32,000 bases of DNA from Treponemataceae bacterium (GCA_963678065.2 CAXXVZ010000003.1:1848900-1880899), one strand, 5' to 3'. Shown: positions 16,301 to 25,113, numbered from the stretch's first letter. Notes: a model not told the origin generated them from the letters alone. Made by a program: numbers and translations.

Positions 16301-17049
16301 TTCCCGGCGGCCAGGCCGTAGCGGAAGACGCGTCCGCCGATGCCTGCGCCAAAGCGGTCGCCGCGCTGGAAGCGGGACTGGGCTTTCTCCGGACACAGGC
16401 GGCCGCCGGACAGGGGCCGGCAGTCGCGGCGGTCTCCAGAAAGACGGGGGCCTCTGTCGTCTGGAGCGTTCTGCAGGCGGCAAGGTTCCTTCTCGACGGC
16501 GAGCTCGCGAAGAACGCGTTCGCGCAGATCCTCGGCCACTTCGATTTCGGAAGGAAGGCGCAAGAAGTGCTCGACTTGATCTACTCTGAACAGGGAGAGG
16601 GAGGGCCGAAGCTCGACGCCCTCGCCTGGTGCATGAGCTATGCGCGCAGGCCGGGTCCGCGCGCGGAAAAAGCTGAGCCGGAGACGGGTGACCCGGCCCT
16701 TTCCCGGGCCCTCGAGCTTGCTGTCTGGGCCGAAGGGGACGAGTCCGCCGCCCGCTGCCTCGGGGTGAATGCCTGGGAAGGCGTGGAGTACTTCTCCAAG
16801 GAGCTCTTCGAAGAGGCGGTCGGCTACAGCATACTCCTCTCGGGGATAGAGGATGCGGTCCGGGAAACAGGGCCCGGAGCTCCTCTTTCTGGCTCCGCCG
16901 GCGACACAGCCAGTTCAGGGGCAGGAAAAGACGTTTTCGCGAAGGCCGTGGCGGAAATCCTCCTCGAAGCGGAGGCGGCGAGCGGCTTCAGAACTTCCCG
17001 TCTCCTCCTCGTGCTCGAGACGATGGCCGCGGGAAAGGGGATCGCCTGA
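13309..17049 (+). CDS. GH13 (alpha-amylase superfamily)-like multidomain protein, 1,246 aa, no signal peptide; N-terminal ~370 aa and C-terminal ~500 aa unassigned
   Basis: The four GH13 conserved regions are recognisable: I GADMVPNHTG (~14620-14646), II VIRFDAAMVLAKRH (~14974-15012), III LLLAEAFW (~15172-15189), IV FMNNPDEE (~15346-15369). The ATG at 13309 has an AAGGAG RBS. The track start at 13231 falls inside the palindrome and promoter. Confidence 0.85.
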   Translation: MEMIKGMVVRLTALEGDGPLEPRPGDRIMEFHVRKTIREDLSMDRALFRTTGNVILPDFLASRTMAERINRTPSVSALAKTPVSAGRLNAMALIDEVLHDIARIYREQVAPEAFSAALDEIGTIFGGSRLEALLVAFTQAFPPLAVQAGSMTASSWLAGSTAAGISNRELALEELILMHLANENPAFSPFRFLFDNGAVNDAASGPAVRSRKSGPGSLAADPAYFMAFDALEKTFAHMPPFGPEGQDLLSLLRAPAAASPDSLTGQLEFMRKKWGFVAEFRSLRLLGALDLMAEEEKPRFPPGPGPTKAYEYRSAEPEYERYSSDLQWMPNVVMLAKSTLVWLHQLSVSYGRPITRLDQIPDEELDVISSRGFTVLWLIGLWERSAASEQIKKYCGNPEAAASAYSLFDYEIAQEIGGWEALGNLKERCQVRGIRLGADMVPNHTGLDSAWIRERPELFISSRICPYPGYTWNGPDLSRDPRIGLWLEDHYYDRSDAAVVFKRLDRWTGRVDYIYHGNDGTGMAWNDTAQIDFLNPAAREAVKERILHVARSFPVIRFDAAMVLAKRHIKRLWYPEPGRGGDVPSRSEHAMSAEAFDAAIPEEFWREVVDMCAKEAPDTLLLAEAFWMMEGYFVRTLGMHRVYNSAFMNMLKREENAKYRETIRNTQEFDREILKRFVNFMNNPDEEPAIAQFGSGDKYFGVCTLMATMPGLPMFGHGQVEGFSEKYGMEYRRSYRDEKPDQALVGRHAREIFPLLKRRGLYAGVDNFLLFDFRDSGGVNENVFAYTNGTGTDIPRRGVEESFRHPAGKLDGPGAHGHRSLVVYNNAYARASGSIRQSCPFVVKLDSGEKRLDTATLAEGLGVAGAPESFLAMRELRSGLWYLFSCRDIIAQGLDFDLDGYACKVFLDLHIIDDNEKGICASVYGALGKGGIPKLSAAFADAKRPFLYSAFAAVVHAGAGACAAGQIDNAQEIADLREKARIFYAEFLEFLRREASELPGGQAVAEDASADACAKAVAALEAGLGFLRTQAAAGQGPAVAAVSRKTGASVVWSVLQAARFLLDGELAKNAFAQILGHFDFGRKAQEVLDLIYSEQGEGGPKLDALAWCMSYARRPGPRAEKAEPETGDPALSRALELAVWAEGDESAARCLGVNAWEGVEYFSKELFEEAVGYSILLSGIEDAVRETGPGAPLSGSAGDTASSGAGKDVFAKAVAEILLEAEAASGFRTSRLLLVLETMAAGKGIA

Positions 17050-17597
17050 TGAGCCACAGACCATTCGACATACGTACCTGGAACGACAATCCCTGGTCTA
17101 CGGTGGCGGAGCGCTGGATGCTCATAACCGCGGGAAACGCCGCTTCGTGGAACACGATGACCGCGTCGTGGGGTGGCTTCGGTCACCTCTGGAACAAGGA
17201 CGTCGCCTTCATTTTCATGCGGCCGACCCGCTACACGTTCGGATTCATGGAGGCTTCTGCCTCGTTCAGTCTCTGTTTTTTCGGCGAGGAGCAGCGCGAA
17301 GCCCTTGAGATCTGCGGCAGAGTTTCGGGACGCGACAGCGACAAGGCCGCCCTGACGGGGCTCGAGCCGACGACCTTCGCCTACCCGCCTTCAGCCCCGC
17401 TTCCGGGCAAGGCCGCCGGAGAAGACTGCGTCGTCGGCTTTGCCCAGGCGAAGATAGTCCTCGCCTGCCGGAAACTGCACGCACAGGATCTCGACCCCGC
17501 CTGCTTCGTCGATCCAGCGATCGCGAACCATTACAAGGCCATGGATTGGCATCGGTTCTACGTGGCCTCCATCGAAGCCGCGTGGAAACAAGACTGA
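17049..17597 (+). CDS. flavin reductase-like (FMN-binding split-barrel) protein
   Basis: WMLITAGNAASWNTMTASWGGFG...FIFMRPTRYTFGFM matches the Flavin_Reduct pattern (LxT....N.MT.SW). Its start overlaps the upstream stop by 1 nt (TGATG at 17047-17051). Confidence 0.8.
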   Translation: MSHRPFDIRTWNDNPWSTVAERWMLITAGNAASWNTMTASWGGFGHLWNKDVAFIFMRPTRYTFGFMEASASFSLCFFGEEQREALEICGRVSGRDSDKAALTGLEPTTFAYPPSAPLPGKAAGEDCVVGFAQAKIVLACRKLHAQDLDPACFVDPAIANHYKAMDWHRFYVASIEAAWKQD

Positions 17598-17602
17598 AGG
17601 TC

Positions 17603-20407
17603 ATGCCGGAAACCCTCACCGGGGAAATACAGCGCCGCATCTCTGAACTCATCCGCGACCCCCTCGTCGACTTTGTCTTTCCCTCCCAGGTCGCGGCGGA
17701 GTCTCAGGCCCGCGCTCGCTGCCTCTCGGGACTCTCGGGCGCCGTAGAAAGTTCGAGGTTCCCGGGATGGGACAGTTTCAAGGAGAGCCTCTTCTCTCCG
17801 CGGGACGCCCGACGCCCGGCCAACAGGATAGCCCGCACGATCTGGGCGGCCCGCGTCCTCGAACGACAGAAAAAAGAGGCCTTCCTCGCCGTCCTGACGG
17901 GCCCGGGGGAACCTTCTCCGGCCTTCCTCTCCTGCATCGCCTCGATCCCTCCCCGACTCCGCGCCACGGTAGAATCCATCCGGGCGCTCGGAGAGTCCGG
18001 AAGAGGCGGACTCACAGGCGAGTCCACCCTCGTCTGCGCCGACCTCGAGTCGCTCTATAAGGATTATCGCGGATTTCTGGACGAGTGTTCCCTCTTCGAG
18101 CCGGACTGGCAGCGGACGAGATCGCCGGCGCGGGAGGGACGGCGGTATATTCTGTTCGCTCCCGAACTCATCGAGGATTTCGACGAATACCGGGACTCGA
18201 TAGCCGCCATGGAGAACGTCGAGGTCCTCAGTCTGGACCAGCTTTCTCCCCGCAGTGGCGGACCTTCCTTCGCCCTCGCCGCCTTCCCGAACGCCAGGGA
18301 GGAGATTCGCTGGGTCTTCGGGCGGATTTCCGCCCTCCTCGATGCGGGGGTCCGCCCGGAAGAAATCGCGGTCACCTCGACACAGCTCGAGAAGGCCGCG
18401 CCCCTGATTCTCCGTACGGCGAAGGAATGGGGCGTCCCCTGCGCGCTCAAATCGGGGACCAGACTCTCCGCGACGGCGTTCGGGCGCTTCCTCGTGGCGG
18501 CAAAGACCTGCCACAGCAGAGATTTTGACTTCCCCTCGATGCGGAATATCCTCCTCGACAAAGCCATCCCCTGGAAAAACAGGGACCTGGCCCGCGACCT
18601 CGTGCGCTTCGGCATCCAGTACCACATCCACTCGGGCTACGGCAGCGGGAAAGACAGGGTCGACATCTGGAAGGAGACCTTCCGGATCTGCGATCCGCGC
18701 TCGCCGCTTTCAGGTTTCCACGACGCGCTCACACGGGGAATCCGGGAACTCGCCGCGGCCGGGAGCTTCGCGCAGCTGCGGGAGAGGCTCATGAAATTCC
18801 GTCGTAACATCCTGGCCGAAACGGATGTGGAAGAGGCAGGGGAGCGCGAGGTGGAGCGGGTCATCGCGGAGCTGGGCAAGCTCTGCGAGACGGAGGCCAT
18901 TCTCGGCCCCGCGGGGAGGGTCCCCGAGCCTTTCGGACTCTTTCTCTCCCACCTCGAGTCGGAGCCGTATGTCCCGCAGTCCGGAGACGGCATGGTGCCC
19001 GTGTACGCGTACAAGGTTTCCGCCCTCATGGCGGTCAGCCACCATTTCATCCTCGGCTGCTCCGAGGAAGCGACGAGGGTTTCCTTTTCCGGCGGAACCT
19101 TCCTTCCCGAAACCCTGAAGGAAATCCTGGGCCGGAAGGACAGGGACGCCTCGGCCTCCTTCATGGCGGCCTACACCGGGGACCCGGGCAGCCTCGCATG
19201 CTTCGCCACCGAGGATTTTTCCGGCTGGAGCGCGACGCGGGCGGATGCGGGACCCGCAATCCCGCCGGAGGACTTCGACGAAATCAGGGCGGCCGATCCC
19301 GTCCTCGGGGAAACCCGCGCCTGGAGATCAGGCCGCGCGGGCACCCTGCCCTCGCGGCTCTGCGCGTGGCAGATCCGGGCCATGTGTGGAGAGGATCCCG
19401 CGGAGAACCCGGTTCCGGAAGCAGGACAAAACAGGGAAACGGCGGCGATCCGCGGATCGCCGCCCCTCCTTTCACGTTCGGGCAGGGATTACTCCCGCGA
19501 CTGCGCCGGAGCCGCCATCCTCTCCGGAATCCTTTGCCGGAAGGAGAGCCCGGAAGGCTGGCTCCGCCTTTCCGCGAGCGGAGTGAAAGACTACCTGGCC
19601 TGTCCCTTCTCCTGGCTCCTGAAACGCGCCCTCCACCTTGAGGAGGAGCCCTCGGGTATGGGCTTTTTCGACAACATGCTGGCCGGGGAGATGGCCCACG
19701 CCCTCATACGGGAACTGTACGTGGAAATCGCCGCGGACGGTCCCTACGATCCCTCCAGGGCTCAGGTCTACAAGACCGCCATCCCTCATCTGGCGAGGAA
19801 AGTCCTCGTCGAGTTCTCGAAACGCCAGGGCCCCTTCCTCGAACCCATGTTCGAAGCCTATCTGCCCCTCCTCGCCGACCGCGTCGCTCGCCTCGTCGAC
19901 GCTGAATCCGTCTTCGCGGGATGGAACCCAGGCGACTTCGAGATCGAGGGCGTGAAGGCCTATCCGGAAAACATGGTCACGCTCGAAGGGAGGGCCGACC
20001 GGATCGCTTTCCGGGGAGAGGTCCTCGCCATCGTCGATTACAAGAAAAAAACGGTCCCGAGGGCCGCGAATCTCGTCCTTTCCGCGGAGCCGGCAGGCGG
20101 GCTGGGCGACTGCCAGATCGCGGCCTACGTCAGGCTTTTCGAAGGCGGGGGCAGGCTCGTCGAGAGGGCGGCTTTCTACTCCATCGAAAACGCCGAGTGG
20201 TCGAACGTGATCGGGGAAGGCGGACTCAAGTCCCGCGGCGAATATGAGGCGGAACTCAGGGTCTTCGACTCCGACCTCGCGCGGGTGGCCGCGGCCATGC
20301 GCCAAGGCGATTTCCGGATATCCCCGCCGACGAGTCCGGGCGGCGCGGATTCATGCGAGAACTGCGAATGGAAGGCGGTGTGCAGAAGCCGCTTCGCGAC
20401 GGAGTGA
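17603..20407 (+). CDS. addB: AddB-like PD-(D/E)XK nuclease subunit with an Fe-S cysteine set and no Walker A motif
   Basis: C-terminal RecB-type nuclease motifs GRADRIAF...IVDYKKK. One upstream Cys (YLACPFSW, ~19601) plus CENCEWKAVC (~20353-20385) give the C...CxxCx5C pattern of the AddB 4Fe-4S cluster. No GxxGxGK[TS] occurs anywhere. ATG at 17603, 5 nt after the previous stop. Confidence 0.8.
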   Translation: MPETLTGEIQRRISELIRDPLVDFVFPSQVAAESQARARCLSGLSGAVESSRFPGWDSFKESLFSPRDARRPANRIARTIWAARVLERQKKEAFLAVLTGPGEPSPAFLSCIASIPPRLRATVESIRALGESGRGGLTGESTLVCADLESLYKDYRGFLDECSLFEPDWQRTRSPAREGRRYILFAPELIEDFDEYRDSIAAMENVEVLSLDQLSPRSGGPSFALAAFPNAREEIRWVFGRISALLDAGVRPEEIAVTSTQLEKAAPLILRTAKEWGVPCALKSGTRLSATAFGRFLVAAKTCHSRDFDFPSMRNILLDKAIPWKNRDLARDLVRFGIQYHIHSGYGSGKDRVDIWKETFRICDPRSPLSGFHDALTRGIRELAAAGSFAQLRERLMKFRRNILAETDVEEAGEREVERVIAELGKLCETEAILGPAGRVPEPFGLFLSHLESEPYVPQSGDGMVPVYAYKVSALMAVSHHFILGCSEEATRVSFSGGTFLPETLKEILGRKDRDASASFMAAYTGDPGSLACFATEDFSGWSATRADAGPAIPPEDFDEIRAADPVLGETRAWRSGRAGTLPSRLCAWQIRAMCGEDPAENPVPEAGQNRETAAIRGSPPLLSRSGRDYSRDCAGAAILSGILCRKESPEGWLRLSASGVKDYLACPFSWLLKRALHLEEEPSGMGFFDNMLAGEMAHALIRELYVEIAADGPYDPSRAQVYKTAIPHLARKVLVEFSKRQGPFLEPMFEAYLPLLADRVARLVDAESVFAGWNPGDFEIEGVKAYPENMVTLEGRADRIAFRGEVLAIVDYKKKTVPRAANLVLSAEPAGGLGDCQIAAYVRLFEGGGRLVERAAFYSIENAEWSNVIGEGGLKSRGEYEAELRVFDSDLARVAAAMRQGDFRISPPTSPGGADSCENCEWKAVCRSRFATE

Positions 20408-20409
20408 CA

Positions 20410-23400
20410 ATGGCCGGATCGACGAAACCAGACAGAGAGCAGGACTCCGACCAGAGGGCGGCCGTCGCCATGCGTCGGAACGGCGCGGTCTCGGCCGGGG
20501 CCGGATCGGGAAAGACAACAGTCCTCGCGGCCCGCTACATCGATCTCATCGTCAACTCGGGCGCCGAGCTGCGATCCATCCTCACCCTCACCTTCACCCG
20601 GAAAGCGGCCGCCGAGATGTACTCGCGCATCCACGAAAGCCTGGTCCGCTCCGAGCTTCCCGCCGTCAGGGAGCAGGCCGCGCGCTTTCCCGAAGCCTCC
20701 ATATCGACGATCGACGCCTTCTGCGGAACGGTGACGAGGAGCTCGGCCGCGCGCTACGGCTACGCGCCCGACTTCACGACGGACGACGAGAAGGCGCGCA
20801 GCATCGCCGTCGACGAAGCCCTCGCCTATCTCCTCGAAAACCGCCGCGACCCCGCCCTGATGGAGCTCAACGCCCGGCTGGGTTTCACGACGGCCTGGAA
20901 AGAGCTCTTCGCCGATCTCGCGTATAGCCTGGTCAGCCCCTGCCCGGACGAAGACGGCGGCTTCCCCGGCATCGCGGCAAAAACAGCGACCGCCCTCGAC
21001 GGGACGATCGCGGGACTCGTCGCCGCCTTGAGGGAACTCTCCGGGACGGTGGCGGGGGCCGCGGCGGCCATCGGAAAGCCGGGCAATGACTGCGCCCTCG
21101 CCATAGAATTTTTCGGATCTCTGCCCGGCAGACTGGATGAACTGCCGCCGACTCCGGCGACAGCCGTCTTCCGGGCCAGGCCTGCGAACTGCGGCGCGGC
21201 GGATCTTCTCTGCGAGATCGCCCGTGCGGCCGCGGAACTCGCGCTGAGAGGCTACGCCCGGAGCGACCCCGACCAGGCTATGGTCAAAGAAGCGGCCAAA
21301 AACGCCCGGGATCTCGCACCCCGGCTCGGGGCCGCCGCCGCCCTGCTCGCGGATCTCGGCCTTCTGGAAGCAGTCATGCGGCACATGGACGCCTTCGCCC
21401 TCCGCTACCGCGCAGCCAAGCGCGCCGCGGGTGTCATGGGCTTCCGAGATGTCGCACTCTGCGCCACGCATCTGCTCCGTACCCGGCCCGATATCCGCTC
21501 CTGGTGGAAGGGGCGCTACCGCTACATCATGATCGACGAATTCCAGGACAACAACGCGGATCAGAAGAACCTCCTCTTTCTCCTCGCGGAGCGGCCGGAA
21601 CTCTCCTCTTTCGGCATCCCCCGAGCCGGGGACCTCGTCCCGGACAAACTCTTCTTTGTCGGCGACGAGAAGCAGTCCATCTACATGTTCCGGGGCGCCG
21701 ATGTCTCGGTCTTCCGCCGACTCGACCGCGAACTCGCCTCAGACGGAACCAGTCTCGCGACCAACTACCGGAGCGAACCCGCCCTCGTCGATTTCTTCAA
21801 CTCCGCCTTCGCGCGGATCATGGCGAATCCGGAGGCCGATTTCGAGGCGCGTTTCTCGGAGATAAAGCGGCGCCCGCCCACCCCTGGGCTCTCGCCGACC
21901 ATCCGCTACCTCCTCAGACAGAAACCGGGACAGGGCCGGAAGGACCCGGCCGAACGGAGCGAGGACGAGATTCTCGCCCACGGCATCGCCCGTTTCGTGC
22001 GCGAGCGCGTGGAGAGAGGCGACCTTCCCGTGGCGGACGGAAAAGGAGGAACGCGTCCCGCAGGCTACGGCGATTTCGCCCTGCTCATGCGCTCGACCTC
22101 GAACCAGCACCTCCTCGAGCGGTTTTTCCGGATTCTCGACATCCCCTACTCGGCCTCGGCGGTCTGCGGTCTGTTCATGGAGTCGCCGGTCAACGACATC
22201 TACAACGCGCTCCGGCTCGTCCTTCTTCCCGAGGACAGGACGGCCTTCGCCGCCGTGCTGCGCTCGCCCCTCGTGCGCGTTTCCGACGACGCCCTCGTCG
22301 CCATCCTCTCCTCCATGGACAGGGACAAGCCGGTCTCCCCGGGGACCGCCTTCGGAACGGCGCCCGGAACAGGCTCGGGATTCGACCCCGGAGCGCTGTC
22401 CGCCGCCGACAGGGAACGTTTCGAGAGGGGAAAAGCCATCTTTGCGAAACTCGCGACAATGGCCGACCGCGTCCCGGCGCCCGAACTCGTCTCCTGGATC
22501 TGGCACGAGGCAGGCCTCCGCGCCGCCATCCTCTCCAAACCCGAGGCTCATCCCTTCCTCGAACACTTCGAGTTCGTCTTCGACCTCGCCTGCAGGGCAG
22601 AAGCCGCCGGCAAGAACCTCTCCGCCTTCGTCTCGGAGGACCTCGAACCCTTCATCGGCAGCATCGAGAAGAAGGACGTCGACGAACTTCAGCGGGACCA
22701 CGCGGAGGGCGTGAGGATCATGACGGTGCACAAGTCGAAGGGACTCGAGTTTCCCGTCGTCATCATTCCGTGGATGAACAACACAGGCGCCCGCGACAGT
22801 TCAGGCGAAGCCTGGTACGCCTCGGAGCGCGTGGGCGTGAGCGTCAACCTGAAGCCCTACGACAGGCCGAAAACGCCCTTCAGGAACATCTTCTTCGAGG
22901 AGGCGAAGGAGGCGCAGAAGGCAAAAAGGGCTGCGGAGACCAAGAGACTTTTCTATGTCGCCTGCACGCGGGCCATCTCCCACCTCGTCTTCGCCGGATT
23001 CGACTCTTCGAGGGCCGAATCCGGCGGCCTGTCTTTCCACAGCCTCCTCGCGGGCGGCGACGGGAAGAGAGGGGAAGATGGCCGCTTCCCCGCCCTCGAG
23101 CCCGAAGTCTCGCTCGAAACGATCCCCGGCCTCACGACCGATGAGTACAAGTCCCTCTTCCGGGGCACGGAGGCGCGGAAAATCGACGATTTCGTCCCCG
23201 CATACCGCCGGGTCGCGCGTCTCGACAGGCAGTATTGCAGGACGACACTCAGCGCGACGGAACTCGAGGCAGCGCGGAGCGACGAACTCGCAGCCGGCAA
23301 AGAGGCCGGAAAACCCTCAGGACTCGACCAGGCCGGAAGGACGGGCCGACCCGCCGGGATCGCGTGGCCGGCGGCGCTCCTTTCCCTCGCCTGTCCGCAG

Positions 23401-23979
23401 ATGCCCTTCCCTCCCCTTCCCTACGAGACGGGAGAGGAAGCGGACGAGGAGGAGAAAGAGGGCACCGACTTCGGCCGTGTCTGCCACGCCGTCCTCGAGG
23501 CTCGGTACAAGGGCCTCGAAGCCTTCTCCCTTGTCACCGAGAGCCTCGCCGGAGGAGCAAGCCTTGCCCGCCTCGCCGCCATGAAGGCCGGGGCGCTGAG
23601 TCTCGCGGAGCGCTTCGCCGCTTCGGAGCTTGGCCGCGAGATCGCGGACTGCCCGCGGGTCGAAACCGAGAAGGATTTTCTTCTCGCCCTTCCGGGAGGC
23701 TTCCTCGTCAAGGGTCGGATGGACCTCTTTGCGCGAAAGGACGGCAGGATTCTGATCATCGATTTCAAGACCCACCGGCGCGCGGCTCAGGGAGCCTACG
23801 CTCTCCAGCTCTGGCTCTACCGCAAGGCGGCCGAATTCCTGTATCCTGATGACCTGATCGAAACCTGGCTCGTCTGGCTGCGCGGCCCCGTCGCAACCTG
23901 CGTGGAGGCCGCCTTCACCGACGGAGAGCTGGCGCGCATCGCTGCCAGAGCCTCGGATCGGGTTCCGGCGGATATGTGA
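20410..23979 (+). CDS. addA: AddA-like UvrD/Rep-family helicase with a C-terminal RecB-type nuclease
   Basis: Walker A GAGSGKTTVL, motif II MIDEFQDNN, TVHKSKGLEFPVVIIP, RLFYVACTRA. C-terminal nuclease GRMDLFAR...LIIDFKT...YALQLWLY. The ATG at 20410 follows GGAG and lies 2 nt after the addB stop. Confidence 0.85.
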   Translation: MAGSTKPDREQDSDQRAAVAMRRNGAVSAGAGSGKTTVLAARYIDLIVNSGAELRSILTLTFTRKAAAEMYSRIHESLVRSELPAVREQAARFPEASISTIDAFCGTVTRSSAARYGYAPDFTTDDEKARSIAVDEALAYLLENRRDPALMELNARLGFTTAWKELFADLAYSLVSPCPDEDGGFPGIAAKTATALDGTIAGLVAALRELSGTVAGAAAAIGKPGNDCALAIEFFGSLPGRLDELPPTPATAVFRARPANCGAADLLCEIARAAAELALRGYARSDPDQAMVKEAAKNARDLAPRLGAAAALLADLGLLEAVMRHMDAFALRYRAAKRAAGVMGFRDVALCATHLLRTRPDIRSWWKGRYRYIMIDEFQDNNADQKNLLFLLAERPELSSFGIPRAGDLVPDKLFFVGDEKQSIYMFRGADVSVFRRLDRELASDGTSLATNYRSEPALVDFFNSAFARIMANPEADFEARFSEIKRRPPTPGLSPTIRYLLRQKPGQGRKDPAERSEDEILAHGIARFVRERVERGDLPVADGKGGTRPAGYGDFALLMRSTSNQHLLERFFRILDIPYSASAVCGLFMESPVNDIYNALRLVLLPEDRTAFAAVLRSPLVRVSDDALVAILSSMDRDKPVSPGTAFGTAPGTGSGFDPGALSAADRERFERGKAIFAKLATMADRVPAPELVSWIWHEAGLRAAILSKPEAHPFLEHFEFVFDLACRAEAAGKNLSAFVSEDLEPFIGSIEKKDVDELQRDHAEGVRIMTVHKSKGLEFPVVIIPWMNNTGARDSSGEAWYASERVGVSVNLKPYDRPKTPFRNIFFEEAKEAQKAKRAAETKRLFYVACTRAISHLVFAGFDSSRAESGGLSFHSLLAGGDGKRGEDGRFPALEPEVSLETIPGLTTDEYKSLFRGTEARKIDDFVPAYRRVARLDRQYCRTTLSATELEAARSDELAAGKEAGKPSGLDQAGRTGRPAGIAWPAALLSLACPQMPFPPLPYETGEEADEEEKEGTDFGRVCHAVLEARYKGLEAFSLVTESLAGGASLARLAAMKAGALSLAERFAASELGREIADCPRVETEKDFLLALPGGFLVKGRMDLFARKDGRILIIDFKTHRRAAQGAYALQLWLYRKAAEFLYPDDLIETWLVWLRGPVATCVEAAFTDGELARIAARASDRVPADM

Positions 23980-23989
23980 GACCCGGGCT

Positions 23990-24595
23990 ATGGCCCGCAT
24001 GGAGACAAGAATGGAGCATGAGACAGCGCCGTCGCCGGAGCCGGAAGCGCCCGGACCCGAAAAGCCGACCCCATGGAAGCTTTTTCTGATTTTTACGGGC
24101 ATTTCCTCGGTGACGATCGGAGGAGGCTACGCCATCGTCCCGGTCATCGGCCGGGCGCTCGAAAAACGCGGCTGGATTCAGGAAGACGACTTCCAGGACC
24201 TGTTCGCGCGGGCCCAGGCCTTTCCCGGGCCGATAGCCCTCTCGACCGCCATCATTTCCTCACGGAAGCTCCTGGGGGCCCGGGGAGTCGTTCCGGCGAT
24301 CGCCGGCGTCGTCCTGCCTCCCTTCGTGGCCCTCATCCTCGTGGGCTCCCTTCTCGGGCAGTTCGGAAATCTGCCCGTCGTGGCGCGCTTCCTTCATGGA
24401 GCCGGGGCGACCGTTCCCGGTCTCGTGGCGGCCATGCTCTGGCGCACGGCCAAAAGACGGAAATGGACAGCGTTCAGGGCAGGGGCGACAATCGCTCTGG
24501 CGCTTGCCCTCGGCCTCGCGCCGAAGATGAGCCTGCCGATCCTCCTCGGCGCCATCGCCCTTCTGTACCTGGCGGAGAAAACATGGAACTCCTGA
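23990..24595 (+). CDS. chrA: chromate transporter (CHR) family protein, short-chain half 1
   Basis: FLIFTGISSVTIGGGYAIVPVIGRALEKRGWIQEDDFQDLFARAQAFPGPIAL is the CHR-domain signature. Multiple TM helices. Confidence 0.85.
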   Translation: MARMETRMEHETAPSPEPEAPGPEKPTPWKLFLIFTGISSVTIGGGYAIVPVIGRALEKRGWIQEDDFQDLFARAQAFPGPIALSTAIISSRKLLGARGVVPAIAGVVLPPFVALILVGSLLGQFGNLPVVARFLHGAGATVPGLVAAMLWRTAKRRKWTAFRAGATIALALALGLAPKMSLPILLGAIALLYLAEKTWNS

Positions 24596-25113
24596 ATATC
24601 GTCTGGACATTTTTCAAGATCGGGATCGTGTCCTTCGGCGGAGGATGGTCCATCGTCGGACTGATCCAGAACGAAGTGGTCTCCCGCGGATGGGTGAGCG
24701 ATTCGGGCTTCAAGGCCTGGATCGCGATCGCCCAGTCGACCCCGGGCCCCGTCGCCCTCAACACGGCGACACTCGTGGGATGGAATCAGGGCGGTTTCGT
24801 GGGGGCAGTGCTCGCGACGCTTTCCGTCATCGCTTTCCCCGTCATGGCCATCCTCGCGGCCGGCTATGTCGGCAAAAAGATGAAGCCCGACGAAAAATCC
24901 CTCAACGAAGCCCTGAAGACGGGAAGTATGGCGATGATGCTGATGACGCTCTGGGCGCTCCGTCCCGACGCAGGGGACCCCTTCGCGATCGCCCTCGCCC
25001 TTCTGTCCTTCGCGGCGACGGCTTTCACCAAGATCAATCCGCTATGGGCCATCCTCGGGGCCGGAGCCCTGGACGCGGCCATCGGCCCGGCGATAAGCGC
25101 GATTTTCAACTAA
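24583..25113 (+). CDS. chrA: chromate transporter (CHR) family protein, short-chain half 2
   Basis: MELLNIVWTFFKIGIVSFGGGWSIVGLIQNEVVSRGWVSDSGFKAWIAIAQSTPGPVAL. The ATG at 24583 overlaps the upstream stop by 13 nt. The 5' part of track ORF 24073-25113 is an out-of-frame overlap with the first half-transporter gene (23990-24595). Confidence 0.85.
   Translation: MELLNIVWTFFKIGIVSFGGGWSIVGLIQNEVVSRGWVSDSGFKAWIAIAQSTPGPVALNTATLVGWNQGGFVGAVLATLSVIAFPVMAILAAGYVGKKMKPDEKSLNEALKTGSMAMMLMTLWALRPDAGDPFAIALALLSFAATAFTKINPLWAILGAGALDAAIGPAISAIFN

Noticed and set aside
21504-23144. 546-codon same-strand alternative-frame ORF inside addA
   Set aside because: The translation is Arg/Pro/Gly-rich and low-complexity. 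The addA frame carries all helicase motifs through this region.
17603-23979. Helicase plus nuclease pair considered as a phage-defence system (Gabija/Hachiman-like)
   Set aside because: The sizes, the addB-then-addA order, the Fe-S cysteine set in the B subunit and the RecB-type nuclease on the UvrD-like A subunit are the canonical AddAB recombination-repair architecture.
24073-24582. 5' extension of the second chrA ORF (track 24073-25113); likewise the 5' part (30728-31642) of track ORF 29987-31642
   Set aside because: Both extensions overlap well-supported genes (chrA half 1, kamD) out of frame and translate to Arg/Pro-rich sequence. The real starts are the ATGs at 24583 and 30727.
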